NCBI GenBank assembly: GCA_010405405.1
Contig: MU004240.1
Coordinates: 960,882 to 1,024,881, forward strand
Direction of reading: 5' to 3'
Source: Microthyrium microscopicum
Taxonomy: Eukaryota
DNA length: 64,000 bases
The notes beneath the pieces were generated by a model. It was not told the DNA's origin, searched no databases, and saw only the letters and a list, made by a program, of their open reading frames with translations. Below, in pieces: positions 40,865-52,247 of the stretch. The position numbers were made by a program, and so were the translations under genes. Position 1 is the stretch's first letter, and each line of letters begins with the position of its first letter.

Positions 40865-41710
40865 CTAAAACTTGGTGAGACATTGGATTAGTGCGTTCCA
40901 TTGCTCGGCCTCGGTACAGGCCGTCTGATTGTCGTCAGTGAAAAGCGACACCCAAGCTTCGCATTGCTCAAGCTGACTTACCACTCTTTGGTAGACCTCG
41001 TCTGGGGTTTCAAGAGCATGGGTTTCGACGAGCTTACCAGCAGTTCTATACTTTTCAATCACTGCTGGAGACTCCTGGTCGAAGCGCTCGATGCGTCGCT
41101 TGAAAGTGGCCTCGTTGTCCTCACCACGGCCTCGTGACATGAAACGTTGGAGGTTGATGTCTGAATAACAAGTCAGCGATATGGCAATAATTGGGGAATC
41201 TGCTTTGGTAAGGCAATCATCAAGAGCGTCGGACTGAGTGATGGTCTTGGGGAAGTTATCTAGAAGGATTGCTTGTGCTTTATGCTCACCACTTACTCTT
41301 AGGAACTCTTGCTTCATGTCAGGGATTAGTCGCATTCACATGCTGTTGCCGGTCTTCACATTTGCTTTGCTACAAACGTATAGCTCGAGAGCAGGTGGTG
41401 CGTGTGCCTTCCAGTCTTCTCCCCATGCTTCAATGAGCAAAGGTTCTGGAATCTGACGCCCCTCAGACACGTACTCATTGACAAGACCAGGGGCCCCAGA
41501 GATTGGGGGTTGAGCTTGAGAGCGGAGCCAGTCGCCAGAAGAAAGATGGTGCAGGTTGTAAGTCTCTATGAGTCGACTTGCAAGCGTGCCTTTGCCTCAG
41601 CCGCATGGGCCGAGGAGTAAAATGATTGGGAGCATCTCTCGCGAACTGCTCGAGGCCTCCGGAGGGGGCGTAAGGAGTCCGCTTCCAACGATTAGTTGCA
41701 TGTTGGTCAT
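40865..41710 (-). pseudogene. Adenylate/UMP-CMP kinase-like pseudogene with two in-frame TGA codons
   Basis: Single 282-codon frame: IILLLGPCG*GKGTLASRL...HHLSSGDWLR...NSM*MRL...ILLDNFPK...RGRGEDNEATFKRRIERF. TGA at 41599-97 (in the P-loop) and 41338-36. Confidence 0.85.
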
Positions 41711-42459
41711 GGTGTTGTTGGAGCTTGGAGGTAGAGTATAAAAGCGATTGCAGACAATCGCGGGAGTAGTTCGGAATATAGCAATGGCAACTTGGTATCA
41801 GATGACGGGGCTTATACATTTTAGCGAAGTGAAAGTCAGATGAAGACCTCCTCGCTGGATTTCGAGAATAATGTTCATCGTTAGAAAGCAACATCGTGGT
41901 TTCTACAGAGCACAATGCCTTCAGATTCTGAACTAAAATATTATGTTTGAAACTTTAGAAGGCTCAGAATTAGAAGGGGTGAGACCAAGGACAAAGAAGC
42001 TTCAAGTTTGCTAGAGCACAATGCCTTTGCTCTTGCACAACCGTATGATATAATAGCGACTCGAACAAAGAAAACAGTTTATTTTTCAGAAGGTAAAGAG
42101 AGTGCTCGAATGCTGCAGGCTAAGACTTTGACGCGGCACGGATGGAACATGAAAAGATATTATGATGTCCCTTCTAGGCTGCCTTTGAGCGAGACTGGCA
42201 TGTCATTGTCAGCCAAAAATGACAAGGTAGAGCGGAACTGTTGAATACTAGTCGTGATGAGTAGGCATGTGGAAGGATAACTCTTTGCAAGCACACCATG
42301 AATCTATTTGATTAAAAGCAGCACCCCTACGGTCGAATAGAGGATGTTGATCTGCATGATATCTATACCCATGCTTTTACACGATAACACAGTCATTCTT
42401 AGCTCGTGGTAGGTAAGAATTGGCTCGCACCCTTGAGATACATGACACGGGAAGGTCTC

Positions 42460-44139
42460 CTATTGCGATAATTTCGCTTTTCCAGCAGCACGACTCGCCG
42501 CCAAAGCGCCAGAGAGACCAAACTGGGATGCCCAGCCGTTGATACGATGGGTGGCATTCAAGTTCTTGACCACGACCATTTGATAGCAGGTAGCGCTACC
42601 TTGACGGGAAGCAATAGTGGACCAAGCCAAGAAGAGCTCCCAGATTCGGTACCAGCGCTGGCCATATTTTGCCTTGATAACTTCGGCATTGCCAAGCCAG
42701 TTGCGATACCAGCGCCAGAGAGTTCCTGAATAATGCACACCTATTGTGTCAATGCTAGATAGAAAGTCAGCATACAAAATATTGTTGAGAAGCTTCTTTG
42801 ACTAACCTTTTGATTTCCCACCCAGCGCTCTCCAAACAACTGACATAGTTGGCAAGAGGAGTAGAAGCGTCGGCGCCGGGAAAGATGTATTTGTTCAAGA
42901 ACAACCCCCAAATAAAGTCTTCATATTGCCACGCCTTTCGCAGTCCAGAGAGCTGAACATACATTGCCCCGTCATCTTCGAGCATGTCGTAGCATTGACG
43001 GAAGAAAGTTGTTAGTCGCCGAATACCAACATGCTCACCCATTTCGAGCTGTGAGATTTTGTTGAACTTGCGAGCCGGAATGTCACGATAATCCATACAC
43101 AGAAGATTGCTTTGACTTTCAGGAATTCCAGCACGGCGAAGGGCATCATTGCCCCAAGCAGCCTGATTGCGAGCCAAAGTAGCTCCTATAACGTGGGCTC
43201 CATAGTTGACGCTAGCAAATCTGGCAAGTGTTCCCCAGCCGCATCCGATATCCAAGAGAGATTCTCCCTCCTTGAGAGCTAGTTTCTCACAAACAATTGC
43301 CATCTTGTTATCTTGCATCTCTTCGAGTGTCTCCTCGCGGGAAGGATCAGAGATAACGCCACTGGTATAGATCATTCGAGGACCCAAGAACCAAGCATAA
43401 TGATCATTCCCACGATCGTAATTGGGTCGAATTTGCTCCTCATCTTGCTTTCGCGAGTGGAACAGAACGTCCGGAATGAAAACAAAAAAAACGAAATGAA
43501 AGACTGCCCAAGTGAAATTGAAGGTGGCCCAGTCGTGACGATATTCCATGACCTCGAGAACATCTCCGTTGAACTCAACAGCTCCATCAAAGTACATCTC
43601 GTAAAAGGTTTTCATTGGTACTTTGTTGCGGCCACTCCATCGTTCGCGATCTTCAGCTTTCTTGAAAGTAACATATTGTTCGACTGGGCGGCCAGGAAGC
43701 TTTACTTTGTCGTTGATTGGTGGTGAGTAAGCTGAAACAACGGTCCAGAAGGTGATGAGAATCGGCAAAAAGAAGATCAAAGTGAAAAATACAGTGGTCT
43801 TGAGACCGCCTCCAAGGCTGCGAGTAACAAATATCGGGATACCTAGAAGTAGCGCTCCAAGGAGTAAATTTGAAAATGATTCCGTGCCAGGACCTTCGGC
43901 TGGTAGTGGTGGATTGTGTATGGTTGCAAACTTTGGAGCAAGTCAGTTCAGATATATCCCGTTGTAGGAAATTGTATGACTTGAGTATTTGATGAAGCCC
44001 GATGTTCAATAGTGCTTACATTTGTAGTTTCGATCCCACAATCCTCTCCTGTTGCGAACTTGGACGGTGCTTGAGCGGGAGTAGTAATGAAAGTAATATC
44101 ACCCTCGAGCTCCTCGCCCTGACGCTTTTGGGACTCCAT
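42460..44139 (-). CDS. Sphingolipid C9-methyltransferase (cyclopropane fatty acid synthase family)
   Basis: PLPAEGPG.ESFSN, YDRGNDHYAWFLGPRMIYTSG, LLDIGCGWG, LEMGEHVG, KYIFPGADAS, STIASRQGSATCYQ. Two introns. Confidence 0.95.
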
Positions 44140-44554
44140 GATTGCCAAATAAGACAAGACTTCAAGACCTTCTTGATACTTGTCAAATTGGGATGATGTT
44201 TATGTTTTTCAAAGATGTGTCGACTGCCAGCGATAATCCCAGCCTCCTGTAAAACTTTTATGGCCCCACTTTTATTCCCATCCTCCAACAGTCCAACTTC
44301 AACTCGCAACTCATGTTTCCTTCTACTTTGCACTGCTCATTAGTCTTGGTCAAACAAGGCAAGAATTACCCCAGGGTCATCTACGATACTCGTTGGCTTT
44401 TGAAAACATGATTGCATCCAGAATAAGTGAGCAGAGGTTCTTGGCACATAGATGATGCAGATCCATGCTAAATTTGGCTTTCTTACTATCTACCGCACTT
44501 TCTCTACTATCTATACATAGTTTGGCATGAATTTGAGACTGGGAGCAAGCACTT

Positions 44555-45127
44555 TTATGCTGGGACAGTACCTCCAAAGTCTGTCACTGCACCGGCCAAT
44601 TTATCGGTAATACCTTTGGCAATTGGGTCGGCGATGATTCCCAGGACACTTGGTAGTGGCAATGATCCGGTGATGGCCTTGGAGAATGGTATGGTTGCTG
44701 CGTATTGCTTCTGAAGTTGATCAAGGACGTCTTTGATCTGACCTCCCTTCTCGAAATCGGCTTTCTTATCCTTAAGGGCGCTTGCAACATCTGCCACTTT
44801 GGTATCCAGGCTTCCGACTGGAGTAAGGATTGAAAGAACATCGGCCACTCCTAAAGCAGGACTGGCTTTGATTTTGGTTGTGCCGTCTGCGAGGGCTGAA
44901 AGGATAGCGGCAGAGTCAGCAAGAAGTGCCGTCAGATCTTTCTTTTCTGGGGAGTATGCTTTGATATCGCCGATGATCTTGTCAATTCCAGAAAGAACCT
45001 TGTCGACATTTTCCTGGATGGTCGGCATATCAGCAGGGACCATGAGCGTGGTGGTATGCTGTTGAAGAGGTGCGGCAATAGCCGCTTGAGCGACAACAGC
45101 AACGATGAGACCGTTCTTGAAAAGCAT
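44555..45127 (-). CDS. Secreted HsbA/Mp1-like (hydrophobic surface binding) protein
   Basis: Signal peptide. 190 aa, Cys-free, amphipathic helical, with DGTTKIKASPAL...LKDKKADF...VLDQLQKQ pattern typical of the HsbA family. Confidence 0.8.
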   Translation of the reverse strand: MLFKNGLIVAVVAQAAIAAPLQQHTTTLMVPADMPTIQENVDKVLSGIDKIIGDIKAYSPEKKDLTALLADSAAILSALADGTTKIKASPALGVADVLSILTPVGSLDTKVADVASALKDKKADFEKGGQIKDVLDQLQKQYAATIPFSKAITGSLPLPSVLGIIADPIAKGITDKLAGAVTDFGGTVPA

Positions 45128-46429
45128 TTTGAATATGTAATTTGCTGGTTGAGGTTTGAGCAGTAACTTAGCAGGAGAAGCGATGGTACATATACCGTCT
45201 TTTCAACCAATGTATGAAGCCCAACTCTGAAAGAAATTATTTACGAGCCTGGCCGTATTTGCCCAGGCTTTGCGTTCACTCGGAAATTTCATCATGGAGT
45301 TTGATTTTACAGTCCGCGGTGACTGGGAACTGTTATTGTCATTGCAGAAGCTACTCACTGCTGGTCGTATACTCTTTAGAGGCTTGGACATGAAAGCTCT
45401 GAAATTACTATTGACAGGATTGGCACTATTTTGACTATAATATAGGCTGGGATGGGGTGCTCAAACCCGGGACAAACCTTCAAGTCGTATCAACGATCTA
45501 GCACAATTCACTTGGAATGACTATTCGGGCGTATAAAGGTAGGGTACAAGAGGCCGCACTACTTTAGCTCTCAAACATCCAATGAGGCTGATATAATATG
45601 TATGCTCCGGACAAAATAGATTAAGAAGTGGGCAAAAGTGTCGGACGTAGATCAACCCTGTTGAAATGGTTTACGAGTGTAATTCAAATAAACATTGCTA
45701 AAAAGCCTATGTACTAACTCTGCAATCATGATCATGCGATACCAAACCATATGCGAGCTTTCGTCTTGTCTCTCTTGCCGCCAAAGAGGTTCGAACAACA
45801 CAAACTAAACTCAAGTAGACCCAAACGTGGATGGAATTCAGTTTATGTTGAATTCCCTCTATCTGTAATACCTCGTGAATATCAGGTTCACTGTTTACAA
45901 ACAAAAAGTCCTGGAAAGGATGTGCAAAGTTTACGTTAGCTTTAAGCATATTGCTTTGATACTTTTTCACTGCTTTCGTCTTTGGCTTCGAGACAAAGTT
46001 CGGCCAGTCAAAACATACGAGTAGAAGCAAAATATCTGGTAAATGTTGTTTTCACAAGCAACCAAGTGTCACACTATAATTGGATTTGGGAATCATTGTT
46101 CAACTATCTGTTCGATTTATGAGTAATGACAAACAATCAAAGTCGATCTTGTTTCAAGACTGATCCATTATGAAACAACATGCCTGGAGATATTACTTAA
46201 GATACCAAAATGCACGTAGTATGACAGACACGCTAGTCACTGTTTGGGAATAGTTTTACAGCTGCATGTCGATGTACCAGTCTCGGTCAGAATGTATGCA
46301 TAATCTCTCACCGCATTTTTATGCCTTGGATTTTAAGAATATTTCTCTGCCTTTTGAGGCAGTGAGCCTGTTTTAGCAGCACCATCTTACCAATTTCTAG
46401 TACGCTGCATCCTCTCACCCTATCTGATC

Positions 46430-47339
46430 ATGACAACGAAAAGCTGTAACGTCTGCGGCAAAACTGAAGGCTTTGTTCCCCAAAGTTGTGGCAGGTGCAA
46501 GGCTCGTGTTTTCTGTGGTAGAACGACATTCTCTAGTCTCCATGCAATGTACATACTAATCCATTTGCTGTAGGCCCGGAGTGTCAACGCTCAGACTGGC
46601 CTTCTCACAAAGCGACTTGCAACGCGAAGAGGGCCAAGGAAAGAAAGTGGCAAGACAGACATCGCCTCTGCGAAGATGGCAGCAGCCACTTTGGAGAAAT
46701 TGAGCTTATCACCTGGGAGGGTGAAGATTATGACGGGCAACAGTATGGATGGGGCGGAACGGTTGAGGACCCTGAAGGCCTGAAGCGCAAATTTGAGAAA
46801 GAGTTTCGAGGTGGTAAGAGTCTCCCCAGCCGAAACAGCTTTGTCGATAGGATTGGTTTCAAGGCTTATATGATGACCGAGATACTTCATGTCTTTGACT
46901 CTCAGCCTTATGGCTTCCGTAGCATGCTATGCGATGCTGGGTGGGATTGAGATACTAGATCATCCGTAGTGTTCGGCCACAACGGCGCTCGATGACAGCA
47001 TCACACTCTTGCTACTGCAATACCTTCATCTCATGCTAACCTCTGCCAGACAAGGGGAAGTTTTACGACTATTGGCCTTCAGGATTCCGGTGGACATGCT
47101 GCGGTACGATTGGAGATATGAAATACGGTTGTGATCACCATGGAACTGGGCCAAGGCCATGCACCTGCGATTTCTGCCACATGGGGAAGCCATTGCCCGA
47201 TAGGCTCTATAGCAAAGAAACTATAACGCGGAAGGGATTGACATTGTCTCGTGGACCAGACCCACGCTCGTTCAATCATGCCAAAGCAGCAATTGCTGAC
47301 ACTGCGCGTACTATCTTAGGCATGGATTCCGAAGCATAG
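46430..47339 (+). CDS. MYND zinc-finger protein with Cys/His-rich C-terminal domain
   Basis: CNVC...CGRC..VFCGPECQRSDWPSHKATC after intron 46518-46573. Intron 46814-47049 joins to FRWTCCG...GCDHHGTG..PCTCDFCHMGKPLP. The N-terminal part is missed by the ORF track. Confidence 0.88.
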
Positions 47340-47733
47340 AGCAAGCGAAGAGGCCAATGATGCACAAGATACCGTCAGATTCTGCAGCTTCTCTGCTATC
47401 CGCATTTTATGGTTACAAGCTATTGTCCCAGACATTGATATTACTGCTTGGAATCGTACAAACATTGTCCAAGGGATACCACACAGCCGAAGGTCTTTCG
47501 TAACGGATCTGGGCTTTATTGGATTTGCGCCTGCTGGCAGCACTATTGGAGATCACAAATGCTTTCTCATCGGCGGAAACGTCCCATTCGTGCTTCGCCG
47601 AAAAGGTGATCGTTGGCATTTCGTGGGCGACTGCTTTGTCCTTCTGATAATGAATGGAGAAGCTTTTCATGGCTTGGAAGATAGTCAGGTTGAGAATTTT
47701 GTGTTGTTCTACACAGGTAATAGTTGTGTTTAA
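47320..47733 (+). pseudogene. Orphan C-terminal fragment of a HET-6-like gene
   Basis: Open frame without an upstream start codon: RRSFVTDLGFIGFAPAGSTIGDHKCFLIGGNVPFVLRRKGDRWHFVGDCFVLLIMNGEA. This matches the RxFxTxxGxxGLxP...GD...PxxLR...GxCYVxGxMxGE tail of HET-6-type proteins. Confidence 0.8.
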
Positions 47734-47959
47734 TAGGGCCATCCAGGAGAACAACAACACTGCGCACCCACAACATCAAGTTCACTGATATTGCCCTATG
47801 TATAAGAGTTAGCTATCCGTGCATAACTCATCTACAAAGTAGGTACGCAATTAATCAACAAATCGGATATCCCAACTTGAGCCTCACTCTTTTCTTGACC
47901 ATCTCAATGGCAATACCTAAAATACCTTCACCAATGCGAATTCTCACCTTTTACTCATC

Positions 47960-48765
47960 ATGAAGACATCAATACATCTAGCCGCCTTAGCAGCGCTCCT
48001 CCCATCCACAATAGCCCAAACAACCAACACAGACGCCTGCTCACCCCTAAAGCTCGTCTACTCCCGCGCAACAGGCGAACCAGGCTTAACCTCACCCACC
48101 GCTGGCTACGGCGCCGCCGGCTACGCTCTCCTCACCAACCTCACCGCACTCGTCCCCGGTGCCAGCGGCCATGCCTTAGACTACCCCGTAAGCTCCCCAT
48201 ACCTCTCCATTCTCCTCTTCACAATCTCCCATCTAACGACCCACAGGCCGGCTTCCTCCCCACCTCCTCCAACATCGGCACCACCGCCCTCCTAACCTAC
48301 CTATCCAGCGCCTCAACCCGCTGTCCATCCCAACGCTACGCCCTCGGCGGCCACAGCCAAGGCGGCAACGTAACCTACCACGCGATCCCACGCATCCCCG
48401 CTGAAATCCTGAGCAAGATAGTAGCCGTGACGATGTTTGGTTCGCCCAAATGTCAGCCGCAGGTCGTGGGGCGGTGTAATTCGTACTGCTATGTGGGTGA
48501 CTTTGCGTGCGATGGGCCGGGCGGTGGCAAGTTTGGGAATGGTGGGACCGAGAGTCTGAATTTGAGGGTTAAGAGAGAGGAGATGGAGATGGCGGTGAAT
48601 TGTGAGAAGTTGTTGGCACTGAAGCCGCAGGGAGAAAAGTCGAGGTTTGCGAGTGGGTTTGGGGGTGCGCATATGAGTTATGCTGCGGATGGGGTCTATG
48701 TGCAGGCTGCGGCGTGTTATATTAAGCAGCAGTTTGAGAAGAGTAAGGCGGCTGGTGCTAGATAA
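47960..48765 (+). CDS. Secreted cutinase-family (CE5) esterase, atypical
   Basis: Signal peptide, C..L..VYSRATGEPG, DYPA across intron ~48188-48246, GHSQGG nucleophile, VAVTMFGSP, CYVGDFAC (Asp), AHMSY (His), 8 Cys. Confidence 0.9.
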
Positions 48766-50323
48766 TCAGTCTGTACTAAGCGCCTGTCTTGATGTTGAAG
48801 TCGTCGCACAAGATAGCGTATTAGGAGAAATGATTAGCTGTTTTGGAAAAGATAATTTTCATTCGGCTTACTACTGTTAGATTGAAAGAGAAAACAAACC
48901 TACCTATTGGCAAAGCAAGATGATAATAATGTAGCAATATCAGAACGACTTAAGCGAGGTATCGCAACCGCTTTGCAATGCTACAACAAAGCGATGCAAG
49001 ATGGTAGCAGTAGAACCAAGTTGACATTCCAACCTGCCCAAAAGCTGCGCTGCGTTCGTTCTATATCAGACCACCGTTTTCTCAAGATCTAGGCGTCATC
49101 GACGTGATCGAATTCAGGGTCTAGAGATCCAATCTGGTGGTCAGGAATGTGGAGAAGGAAAACGGCTGGTCGTTAGATGGGCTGCAGGAGGTTGTACACA
49201 GGGCTGGCTGCAAGCACTCTGCTTTGTTCTCGGAGTTCTCTCCTCGACTCATTTGTCGTACAGACGGGAGCATCCCGTGAAGCGCTACGGCTCGATCCTA
49301 GCATGACGGTTTTCGTAGATCAAATCTACAACAGCAACACCTAGATAATGAAAAGGGTCAGTAATTAGTGATTGGTTGGCTTGTCGATGGAATAGAGGGT
49401 ATGCTGGTGATGATGACCTTGCCGATCGCCCTTCACTGATACAAACAAACCAGAAATGCGAGACGACAATCCTTGATGCGCTTCCTTCCTGCTGATGATA
49501 TTGCGTTAGTCAAGAATCACAACATCGGCATTCAAGGGCAACGCAACGCATATCAGTCTCTTACCCTGAGTTGAGTTATGGAATGAACATCTTTGTTCGA
49601 GACCGGAGAATGTGACATTGTCGCGGTTAAAATGTGTTAGGCGAAAGGGCGTACATGACCGAGCTGTTTACTTTGTGTCCCTATTCTAATAATCGATCTG
49701 GAGGTGACACAGCGGCGAAGAGGCACTTGTTGAATGACACGATAGAGGATGAGTAAAGCTGACGAGAGAGCCCAAGAATACCGAGTTAAACCGGAATTCG
49801 TAAAGAAGCCGACCCTTCAGAAGGAGGCGAAAGATGATAGTGTCCATCACAGTTGAAAGTTATAGAGTACATGGTGCAAAAGCTGAGGAAGAAGGCTGGT
49901 GATCGAATTTCGCAAAAGTTTTTGTGACAAAGCCTTTGTCGTTTACCGCTGCATGGTTGAAGAGTTCTTTATGTCGCAATCGCAAACCAGAATCAGGTTG
50001 TTTTTGACTAGAAAGTGTAGACGCAAAGCTGCCAACTAGGTAGAAACCCCGAGGAAATTACTGTCCGTCGCGCACTGAATACTGATTGTTCTCGAAGCCG
50101 ATAAAGAAAACCTTTGACCACTTTGATGACAAGAGAGCCGAACTCCTAATCTCTTTCGCTGATTGGAACTTTTTCGTCCTCGTTCCCAGTCGCCAACAGA
50201 TACATGATAAGGAATTCGACAAGACTGTTTATGTGCATTGGGTTGAGACAATTTTCGAAACTGGGCTTGTTGTAACCACTAGTCAGTCCGTTTCGTTTCT
50301 GTGTGTGTTAGCTGGGAGGACCC

Positions 50324-51451
50324 TTAACGAGAGTAGCGGTCATCACCACCACGGTCTTCATAACCACCTCGGCCTCCTCCTCCACCATAAGGCTCACGGC
50401 CTTCACGGGGAGCGGATGGACCTTGGTCGTAACCGCGTTCTTCTCGTCCGCCGTATCCTCCTCCTCCTCCTCCGCCACGACGGTCTTCGCGCCCGCCGCC
50501 GTAGCGCTCTTCCCGTCCACCACCAGCATAGCGATCCTCACCGCGAGGTGGGCCACCATAGCGGTCTGAACGGCCATATTCGCCGCGATCACGATAACGA
50601 CGATCGCCGCCACCACCATAACCGCCTTCACCGGAGCGATCATCGTATCGGTCTCCACCACCACCACCACCGTAGCGCGAGCCTCCACGATAACCGCCTC
50701 CTCCTCCTCCACCACCACCATAAGAGTAGTCGTCGCGACGTCCACCGCCATAGCCTCCACGGCGGTCCTCGAAACGACCTCCACCGCGGGGGCGACCGCC
50801 GCCAAACTCTTCTTGCGATGTTAGCTGAGCGTCAGGTACAAGGAGCCAAGAATGCATACCGCGTTTAGGTGGGCCATAGTACTTGCCCGGGGTGGGAGTA
50901 CGTGGGCGCGCACGCCGAGCCTTTTCGATGCTGAGAGTGCGGCCTTCATGAACAACACCTTGAAGAGTATCACGAGCTGAATCAGCGGCCTCAGGAGTAA
51001 CCATCTTGACGAAGCCAAAGCCACGAGACTCGCCGCTATGTGGATCGCGCATGATGTTACATTTCTCAACTTCGCCATATTTTTCGAATAGTTGTGTCAC
51101 ATCAGCCTCAGAGAGGCGTGGATGAATACCAGTGACGAAGAGATTAGTTCCAGGATTTTGGGCATCTTCGTCTTCTTTGTCGCCGCCGCCTCTACTGAAA
51201 GGAAATCAGTAATTGTCGCTTTTGGAAGCAGGGTGAGAGAATATATACCGAGGTGGGCCGCGATCACGTCCGTTGGGAGATGCACTACGGGCTCGAGAGT
51301 CGGCGCCACGAGGAGAACGAGAGCCATCACGCTCGCGTTCAAAACCTCGCACTTCGTCTATGTTGTGTCAGCGCGTGGTCCAAAGAGACGGATAATTGTG
51401 ATGTATACCTTCGTAGCCTCGAGTATCGGGGTCAAAGTCAGCAGCACTCAT
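50324..51451 (-). CDS. RRM RNA-binding protein with RS-like N-terminus and RGG/YGG-rich tail (Tra2-like)
   Basis: ATG at 51451. NPGTNLFVTGIHPRL (RNP2), SRGFGFV (RNP1), RRARPRTPTPGKYYG, Gly/Arg/Asp/Tyr-rich tail. Three introns. Confidence 0.92.
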
Positions 51452-52247
51452 GTTTGCGAAAGAAAGTTGATGATCAGGCTGATGCTAGAAAATAGTGGTA
51501 GTTTTTAGGCAAAGTTTGCTGAGGTACGCTACGCTAAGCTGGGTGGAGAGGGTGGAGAGTGCAAGATTTATGAGGACAAGAGGAGGCAAAGAGAACAAGA
51601 ATAGGCCGCTGAAGGATGGTTGTTGAGGCAGATGAACAGTGAAGCCAAAAGGATGACAAAAGGACGGGGAGGGAGGTGTTGAGGCTATGAAGGATTGAAG
51701 GTGAAAGAGCAAGAACAAGTAAATTGACGAGGTGCAGGTGAGACATCCAAGAGGCCCCGGCGCTGTGGCATGGAAAGTTGTTGGGTCGCTCCTGCCAATT
51801 GGGTTGCCTTGGGCCGGGTCACAACTACTGCTTTGGGACATGGGGCTTGGCGTTGCGTTTTAGCCGCAGCCTCCTCGCCTGGTTTGCAGAATAACAACTC
51901 CCCATATCATACTGTTTTCAGCCCAGTAGCAAGGGCTACGACAACGCTTTCGAATTATGCAGTGTTACATGAGGCTGTAAGCGACGTTACTCAAGGTTGT
52001 ATTCAAGCATAGGAATGGTATGGTAATCTTGATGAGTTTGTAAACAGTTAATAATGTATTTCCTATTCCTCACTACCTGACCTTTCAGTATCAATAACGC
52101 ACACTTTTGGGTATACAAGACCGCACCAAACACAGAACCGGAACAAAGTTGATACAGGTTTCAAGCCAGCACAGGTGAATCATACTGCGCTCGTTAAATC
52201 ATACAGTCATCGCACAAAGCCATCTCACAGACACCTGATTCTTACCC

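Noticed and set aside
41597..41599. Selenocysteine reading of TGA in C-G-*-G
   Set aside because: Dikarya are not known to have Sec machinery, the position is a P-loop small residue, and I recognised no SECIS.
46814..47049. Possible cassette exon within the unusually long (236 nt) MYND intron
   Set aside because: Internal donor (GTGGGA) and branch sites are weak, and direct splicing already yields a coherent protein.
49407..49495. C/D-box snoRNA-like arrangement (RTGATGA...CTGA...CTGA)
   Set aside because: I could not match either guide to rRNA from memory and saw no terminal stem. A snoRNA scan would be needed.
50086..50868. 260-aa His-rich plus-strand ORF
   Set aside because: Antisense shadow of the GGN/GAY-rich tail of the RRM gene.
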